From contig JBBDZE010000033.1 of NCBI GenBank assembly GCA_040900345.1, positions 25,309 through 64,755 on the forward strand: DNA of 39,447 nucleotides, written 5' to 3'. Shown here one piece after another: positions 34,557 to 39,447 of this stretch (its first letter is position 1; each line of letters starts with the position of its first letter). The stretch comes from Candidatus Spechtbacterales bacterium. GTDB taxonomy: Bacteria; Patescibacteriota; Minisyncoccia; Spechtbacterales; 2-12-FULL-38-22. A program made the translations under genes and the position numbers. The notes beneath the pieces were generated by a model. The model had not been told where the DNA came from. It searched no databases and saw nothing but the letters and a program-made list of their open reading frames with translations.

Positions 34557-35177
34557 CTATTTCCCAATATCAACGGTTCGCTGAATGCCATCCTTGATAT
34601 GGACATATTGCGTATCCGTGAGCCGGACCAGCTTGTACTGCCAGTCTTTGTATTCTTCCATTGCCTGTTCGTTAAGCCGCTGTACTTCTTTGTTGCCCCA
34701 GTGCGGCACGAGTAGGAAATCGACCAGACCAAATGCCTCCGTTGAGGTGAGGTTGGCTTTTTCGCGCTCATCGAAAAACTTACACGGCTCGATATCGGGC
34801 GCTGCGATAACCGACCCCGCGCTGGAACCGACGTATATCACGCCACGTTGCACTAACTCCTTCACCAAACGATCAAAACCGCTTTCTTGTGCCTTCTCCA
34901 GTAAATAACATGTGTTCCCACCGGCAACGAAAAGAATGTGCGCATCTTTAAGTTGCTTCTGCAACTCACGATAGCTCTTGCCAGCAATATCCACGTCAAA
35001 AACTACGAAGCCAAGCCCGACCAACGCATCCCGATCTTCGCGCATCCAATAGGCATCCTGGTACGGATCGGCTGCCGTGGGGACGAAGGCCACACGATAC
35101 GCGCTTGGCTGGCCTGCCAGCTCCTTTGCTATTTGCGGAAGCACTCTATGCGCCTGCGAGGTAAGAAAAAGCTCCAT
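34557..35177 (-). CDS. Peptidase S51 (dipeptidase E-like)
   Basis: ILFVAGGNTCYLL...VIYVGSSAGSVIAAPDI is the S51 catalytic-Ser region. Confidence 0.85.
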   Translation of the reverse strand: MELFLTSQAHRVLPQIAKELAGQPSAYRVAFVPTAADPYQDAYWMREDRDALVGLGFVVFDVDIAGKSYRELQKQLKDAHILFVAGGNTCYLLEKAQESGFDRLVKELVQRGVIYVGSSAGSVIAAPDIEPCKFFDEREKANLTSTEAFGLVDFLLVPHWGNKEVQRLNEQAMEEYKDWQYKLVRLTDTQYVHIKDGIQRTVDIGK

Positions 35178-35192
35178 ATTAAACTCGTTTGG

Positions 35193-35597
35193 TCATGGTT
35201 TTTGCAGTCCTGTTACATTTCCTGCCTCGTCAGTTTGATACGTTCCTTTGGAGAGGTCAACAAGGGTAAGATGGTTGCCGAAAGGATCTTTCACGACCGC
35301 CGCTTTGCCAACGGGAATATCTTGGACCTCCACCACAACACTGCCGCCCGCCTTAACTATTGCCTCCACTGCCTCCTCGACCGACTCTACCAGTATATCC
35401 GTCTCGGGGTCCAACGTAGTGCTCAGCACCAATTCACTCTCACCCAGCGATACTGCAGCCATGGTGTCCTTTCGCCAAATCAACTGCTGCCCGAGCTGCT
35501 TACAATAAAAGTTAATGCCGGTTTCAATATCCGGAACTTTTACTAGAACTGCGTCAACTTTTTTAAGAAGCGGGGTGTCGCCTTTGATATTATCCAT
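35193..35597 (-). CDS. VOC (glyoxalase/bleomycin-resistance/dioxygenase) family protein
   Basis: VDAVLVKVPDIETGINFYCKQLG...VKDPFGNHLTLVD is a typical VOC beta-alpha-beta-beta-beta module. Confidence 0.85.
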   Translation of the reverse strand: MDNIKGDTPLLKKVDAVLVKVPDIETGINFYCKQLGQQLIWRKDTMAAVSLGESELVLSTTLDPETDILVESVEEAVEAIVKAGGSVVVEVQDIPVGKAAVVKDPFGNHLTLVDLSKGTYQTDEAGNVTGLQKP

Positions 35598-35662
35598 ACA
35601 ATAATTCTTGCACTATCTGAGAAAAACTCAAGCAATTCTCTACTGCATGCTAGACTACCAGT

Positions 35663-36181
35663 ATGACCGAAGGAGATTTTCTCGCCCCGTTGCTAAACCT
35701 TTCCCCGCTCGTGGTGGCTTCCGTCGCATGGGCGTGGGGGTTTGGTTCGCTTGTGGTCGTTGGTGTCAAGACCCAAACGTTTCGTCGCAACATACTAAAA
35801 AACCCCGCCGTGATGGTCGGGGATGTCCTGCTGTTGCCAGTAAGCGCCGGGCTTATCGTGCTCTTTTACCAATCAGTGCAGCAACCGCTTGCCGAGACAG
35901 CTGTGCCCGCATGGAGCATTGCAGGGGGAATCATTGCGTCGGTTATTACAGCTACTTTCGCCGTTCGTTTTCAGCTCCTCAACATATGGTGGTTGCCCCA
36001 TGGGCTCTTCTTTTTGTTTATGGCATACCTTGTTGTCGTCTTTAGCACAAAAGGCGCCTATCAACTGCTTTTGGGACCCTCCTCGCCCTCTCTTTGGCTG
36101 TTGTGGACATCACCTCTTCTTTTGATTGCATTACACCACCTCTTGGGAATGAGGTTTAAGAAACGCTTTCCAACCCCTTAA
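35663..36181 (+). CDS. Integral membrane protein (172 aa, about 5 TM), function unknown
   Basis: ATG start and hydrophobic helices throughout. Divergent from the VOC operon. Confidence 0.65.
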   Translation: MTEGDFLAPLLNLSPLVVASVAWAWGFGSLVVVGVKTQTFRRNILKNPAVMVGDVLLLPVSAGLIVLFYQSVQQPLAETAVPAWSIAGGIIASVITATFAVRFQLLNIWWLPHGLFFLFMAYLVVVFSTKGAYQLLLGPSSPSLWLLWTSPLLLIALHHLLGMRFKKRFPTP

Positions 36182-36190
36182 AAACAGAAC

Positions 36191-36239
36191 GCCGCCCAGA
36201 AGTCGAGCAGCGTCTGTTGTCTGCTGCCTCATGGGCGGC
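36191..36239 (+). terminator. Branched hairpin after the 172-aa membrane gene
   Basis: gccgccca (36191-36198) pairs with tgggcggc (36232-36239), and an inner gcagc/gctgc pairing adds to it. Followed by TTTG. Confidence 0.4.
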
Positions 36240-36302
36240 TTTGCGGTTCTCTCCTATTCTCCTGGGGGAGGAAGTGTCATGCCCTCGGGTTCGAAGACAA
36301 AC

Positions 36303-36343
36303 AGCCGCCAACAAATACAGCTAGGGGCTGTCTGTTGGCGGCT
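36303..36343 (-). terminator. Intrinsic terminator ending the three-gene orphan operon
   Basis: On the minus strand: agccgccaaca ... tgttggcggct, an 11-bp stem with an inner acagc/gctgt pairing, followed by GTTTGTCTT. Abuts the TAA of the 67-aa ORF. Confidence 0.6.
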
Positions 36344-36546
36344 TAGGCCCCGAGGGGCTCAAGAAAACCAATTCGTGGATCCGATGCGTGCCGGTCTCTG
36401 CCGGCAATATCCTCCCATTGCACCTGCGCGCGCCGTCGTGCCTGCTCTATTGCCGTGGAATCACCCAGGTCGAGTGCTGCTACACCTGTAATTCTTTTCC
36501 ACCCTATGGCAGCAGGAATTTCTGTTGCGTAGACAAGGTACCACAT
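36343..36546 (-). CDS. Hypothetical protein (67 aa), orphan island gene 4
   Basis: I chose the ATG at 36546 (MWYLVYATEI...), preceded by AAGGAG 8 nt upstream. The track's GTG start at 36564 is less likely. Confidence 0.55.
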   Translation of the reverse strand: MWYLVYATEIPAAIGWKRITGVAALDLGDSTAIEQARRRAQVQWEDIAGRDRHASDPRIGFLEPLGA

Positions 36547-36570
36547 CGCGACTTCTCCTTTCACGGGCGG

Positions 36571-37065
36571 CTAGGTGATGACTGGCTGCATCCAGTCAGG
36601 AACTTCTCGGAGGCGCTCGAACGCATCTTGGATGCGCACTGCAACCTCGGGACGCTGGCGCTTGAGGAGCTGGTAGACGGCTGCCTGGATGGGAACCTGC
36701 AGTCCCTTCGTAGCTGAAAAGAAGAACTCCTCGACCCAGGTGTCCGATTGGCCCAGGCTCAAGAGTTCGAACCCCTGGACATTGGCCACTAGCTCCACGA
36801 TGGTCGGGCCTGTTTCCTTGGGGAACTCGACGTCCAGCCACTCGGGCGGAATCTGCTCATACCGCCGCATGATCCTGCCAACGTTCTCGACAACCTCCTC
36901 AGGGTCGAGATGGCCAGCAATGTGGCAGGTAGAGAACTTCCGCCCATCGCTGCCGATTAGGCCGACCTCCCAGTGGGAACCACTGAGGGTCGCACCGACA
37001 ACGCGCATCTGGATTCGAAACGAGAACGTCCCCGCGGTGACGAGAATGCCCCACTGTTCGGACAT
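36571..37065 (-). CDS. Hypothetical protein (164 aa), orphan island gene 3
   Basis: ATG at 37065 preceded by GGGAGGGAGG. No TM helix, signal peptide or recognisable motif. Confidence 0.6.
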   Translation of the reverse strand: MSEQWGILVTAGTFSFRIQMRVVGATLSGSHWEVGLIGSDGRKFSTCHIAGHLDPEEVVENVGRIMRRYEQIPPEWLDVEFPKETGPTIVELVANVQGFELLSLGQSDTWVEEFFFSATKGLQVPIQAAVYQLLKRQRPEVAVRIQDAFERLREVPDWMQPVIT

Positions 37066-37108
37066 GCAAACCTCCCTCCCAGCCGTCCGCGTCGTAGCTC
37101 GGGTCCGC

Positions 37109-37468
37109 CTAGATCTTTAGGGCAGGAGATCCGCGGAAGCACGACGAGACGAACTCGTGGGTCACGTAGTACTGCCCGTCCATCTCCGCGAAGAGCGTCC
37201 GATTGCCCAGAAGCTCATCCAAATCCCGCTCTTGAAGGCGAGGATGTCTCTGGGACGGGTTCTCCTTGGCATGGAGGCCCCACAACTCGTCGCGAGTAAA
37301 CGGACTCCAGCCACCGCGTCGTTGCGCGAGGCGCACAACCCAGAATCCGGAAGATTCGAGCTCTGCACGTCCCAGGGTATCCATGAAATCTAGTTCGGTG
37401 CTGATATCGCTCGGCTGAATGGGGTACTCGACAACCTGGCCGACTACCTGGCGCTTTGAATCAGGCAT
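37109..37468 (-). CDS. Hypothetical protein (119 aa), orphan island gene 2
   Basis: ATG at 37468 preceded by AGAGG. No recognisable motif. Confidence 0.6.
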   Translation of the reverse strand: MPDSKRQVVGQVVEYPIQPSDISTELDFMDTLGRAELESSGFWVVRLAQRRGGWSPFTRDELWGLHAKENPSQRHPRLQERDLDELLGNRTLFAEMDGQYYVTHEFVSSCFRGSPALKI

Positions 37469-37503
37469 GTAGCATACCTCTGCTAATCCCTAGTTTCGCC
37501 CAA

Positions 37504-37529
37504 ACAGTACCACTCGCGAGCGGTACTGT
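37504..37529. promoter_or_regulatory. 26-bp near-perfect palindrome upstream of the three-gene orphan operon
   Basis: acagtacc a ctcgcgag c ggtactgt. 36 nt upstream of the ATG at 37468, immediately downstream of the preceding terminator. Confidence 0.4.
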
Positions 37530-37546
37530 CAATGTCAAAAACAGAA

Positions 37547-37592
37547 AAGCCTCGCACAGAGCGGCCGTGGTCGGCTTTTCTGTGCGAGGCTT
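37547..37592 (-). terminator. Intrinsic terminator after the 149-aa orphan gene
   Basis: On the minus strand: aagcctcgcacaga, 18-nt loop, tctgtgcgaggctt, then TTCTGTTTTT. Starts 34 nt after the stop at 37627. Confidence 0.7.
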
Positions 37593-37626
37593 GGAGGAAG
37601 ACGAGGGGTTTCCCCAGGCAACGCGG

Positions 37627-38076
37627 CTAGATGCAGGAAATGACATAAGCGCCCTTTGGCCATTCGCCCCAATGGCCAGCAACCGCCATATTCCATCGCT
37701 TGCTTCCGGAGCCCCAGGCGAAATTAACAACCTGGAGCTGGCCGTCGTGGTCACGGATGTAGGCGATGTTGACGCCATTAGTCCTTAATGGCCCCGACTC
37801 TCCGCGGGCTTGCCCCTTCAGTAGCTCGAAGAGGTGCGCCAGAAAGATTGCGGCTCGATCGCCCAGATCAGCCAGAATGGGGGCATTCGTTGCTTCCCCC
37901 TCTAGACGATATATAGCGAGAGTTGCCCTCCCTCTATTCTCTTCCCCCTTGTCGAGAAAGAAGCGAGGGAAGTCCTCACCGTGAACGCGTACATTTGCCG
38001 CCTCTAACTGTTCTCGGGCAACGAATCGCTCCACCTGTTCCACTTGGACAGTGTGCATTAAAGAGATTAAAACCAT
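37627..38076 (-). CDS. Hypothetical protein (149 aa), orphan island gene 1 (monocistronic)
   Basis: ATG at 38076 preceded by GGGAGA. Upstream promoter-like element and its own terminator. No recognisable motif. Confidence 0.6.
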   Translation of the reverse strand: MVLISLMHTVQVEQVERFVAREQLEAANVRVHGEDFPRFFLDKGEENRGRATLAIYRLEGEATNAPILADLGDRAAIFLAHLFELLKGQARGESGPLRTNGVNIAYIRDHDGQLQVVNFAWGSGSKRWNMAVAGHWGEWPKGAYVISCI

Positions 38077-38126
38077 CGCAATCTCCCGTATCGGATTTGC
38101 ACTTTGCCTTTTTCAAAAACATCAAC

Positions 38127-38155
38127 ACACTACCACTGAATTGTTAGTGTGTCAA
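38127..38155 (-). promoter_or_regulatory. Sigma70-like promoter for the 149-aa orphan gene
   Basis: On the minus strand: TTGACA (38155-38150), 17-nt spacer, TAGTGT (38132-38127). Embedded in the inverted repeat acacacta/tagtgtgt. Confidence 0.45.
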
Positions 38156-38404
38156 GAGTTCTATTTCTTTCTGCTTCTTTCCAAGCACATCCTCCAACGC
38201 CTCTTTTAATTCGGGATGTTTGAAGGTACGGGGCTGCTTGTTTCTGATACGTTAATCAGATTTCCCGAAGGCAATAGATAACAAGAACCGCGTTCAAGAA
38301 CAGCCCCACGACAAGGGCTAAAAGGTTGGGGCCACTTGATTGTAGCACTGCGCCTAGAAGATAACTTTCGCTACGCTCGGATTAGTCCTTCAACTAGTTC
38401 AGGA

Positions 38405-39447
38405 CTAGTAGCTTAACGTACCGCTCGCTACAGGAGAACTTGAATCAACCCACTTTATTGGGTCGACCAGTTCCCCATCTCGCCACCATACATCCCCTTC
38501 GGTAACATTACCCATACTATCTGATGAGCCAAGATCCATGGTCATGGCAAGCGTCTTGCTTACCGCCGTGATCAAGGTGGTCGTGTCAGCAACCAAGGTC
38601 AGCGTCTTACCCGTGGTGGGAATCGTGAACTGGCTCGTCGGAATGAAGGTTACCGAACCGGCAAACGTCGTACCAGAGTAGTAACCTGTGGCAACAGTAG
38701 TAGCGCCGTCTTTCAAAAATAGTGCCGCACCATCTTGCAACCCGCCATTTGAGGCAAGGGCGATTGTTATTTTATCAATTTCTACCGAAGCCTGGCTGGC
38801 AGCGTCAAAGTCCAATGACAGAATAGTCTGGTTGGAACTTCGCGTTGCCGTGCCCGACGGAGATGCGCTGTTCAACGCAACGCTCAAGGTCGTCTTGTGG
38901 ATGGTCTGAGCGTTGAAGTTGCTGGCCGTCTCGGGAGTCAGTGTACCTGCAAAAGAGGTTACTATTGAGCCAGAGGTTGCGCCCTTCGCTTCAATATCAG
39001 AATCAACCAAGTTTGCAGCACCAGTTACATCCGCGACATGGAAAGTTGGGCTCTCGCCCGCCGTAGCACCCGTTGAGGTACCGTTCAGGTCGGCCTTGAT
39101 GGTTAGGGTCAAGGAACTGTTCTTGGGTACTACCACGGAACCGGCCGTAAAGCCAAAGTCCATGGTTACGTCACCGCCGGCGTTGGTGCCGGTAGGTGCC
39201 AACGGGCCGCTTACACGCGTGCTGCCCAAGTAGAGGGAAACGCCCGCAAAGCCGGGCACTTCATCGGTGGTCGTGCCGCCGGTTGCCTGTGCAAGCGTCA
39301 GCTTCAGACGGGTAAGCTGAATATCTTCAGCCGTTGCCGTGAGCTTTATCGAACCCCACTCAACACCCGTAGCGCCGGCAGTGGTGCCAACGGCTACCTG
39401 GCCGGTTGTTACGGTTGACGGGTCAACAGAGACCGTCAGCGTACCGG
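38405..39447 (-). CDS. Thr/Ser/Gly/Ala-rich beta-rich surface protein, C-terminal part (ORF runs off the window)
   Basis: The frame stays open from 39445 down to the TAG at 38405; the track's M at 39259 is an internal GTG. Two similar modules of about 140 aa are visible (…KLTLAQATGG…VSLYLGSTRV…TLTIKADL and …KITIALASNGG…ALFLKDGATTV…TLTLVADT). Confidence 0.75.
   Translation of the reverse strand, partial: GTLTVSVDPSTVTTGQVAVGTTAGATGVEWGSIKLTATAEDIQLTRLKLTLAQATGGTTTDEVPGFAGVSLYLGSTRVSGPLAPTGTNAGGDVTMDFGFTAGSVVVPKNSSLTLTIKADLNGTSTGATAGESPTFHVADVTGAANLVDSDIEAKGATSGSIVTSFAGTLTPETASNFNAQTIHKTTLSVALNSASPSGTATRSSNQTILSLDFDAASQASVEIDKITIALASNGGLQDGAALFLKDGATTVATGYYSGTTFAGSVTFIPTSQFTIPTTGKTLTLVADTTTLITAVSKTLAMTMDLGSSDSMGNVTEGDVWWRDGELVDPIKWVDSSSPVASGTLSY

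Noticed and set aside
6115-36239. The same 8-bp arms GCCGCCCA/TGGGCGGC occur in the rpmA terminator (6115-6134) and in the hairpin at 36191-36239.
   Set aside because: These are short GC-rich arms and the loops and flanks are unrelated. This is most likely coincidence between two terminators.
36765-36775. GTTCGAACCCC, a tRNA T-arm-like string.
   Set aside because: It lies inside the 164-aa ORF. No acceptor, D or anticodon arms can be drawn around it. No tRNA was found anywhere in the window.

Overview
The window looks like a compact, small-genome bacterial chromosome. Gene content and tightly overlapping, mostly minus-strand operons suggest a CPR/Parcubacteria-like lineage; this is inference only. 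I recognised no rRNA, tRNA, CRISPR array, transposase or integrase.

Recognisable core genes are suhB-like IMPase, murC, rpmA, pyrG, rplI, an S41 C-terminal protease, and a cell-envelope glycopolymer locus (LCP, GT2, O-antigen-ligase-like, GT4, GT2). Also present are a PriA-like protein, def, fmt, an MFS transporter, DsbA-like plus a CxxC membrane protein, an MscS channel broken by an in-frame TAG, an RRM RNA-binding protein, rarA, a family-4-like UDG, msrB and msrA.

From 31.0 to 35.6 kb lies an accessory array: tRNA-binding protein, ArsR, NUDIX, DUF4406-like, DUF5680-like, APH kinase, peptidase S51 and VOC.

The background is roughly 50% GC by hand counts on sampled lines. Set into it are several GC-richer segments that encode only unrecognisable proteins:
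- a 909-aa membrane-anchored surface protein (58-2787)
- a 159-aa ORF (6307-6786)
- a 129-aa ORF (29395-29784)
- a four-gene island (36343-38076) with its own promoter-like element, palindromic operator-like site, strong Shine-Dalgarno (SD) sites and two intrinsic terminators

The four-gene island is my best candidate for an undescribed system.

Other points worth a second look:
- a PriA whose helicase motifs all look degenerate
- a DsbA translationally coupled to a four-Cys CxxC membrane protein
- an ArsR gene bracketed by two copies of a 14-2-14 palindrome
- several unusually long perfect palindromes (56, 46 and 25+25 bp)
- a 660-bp hairpin-dense non-coding region

All assignments come from motif recognition by eye. 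No searches were run.
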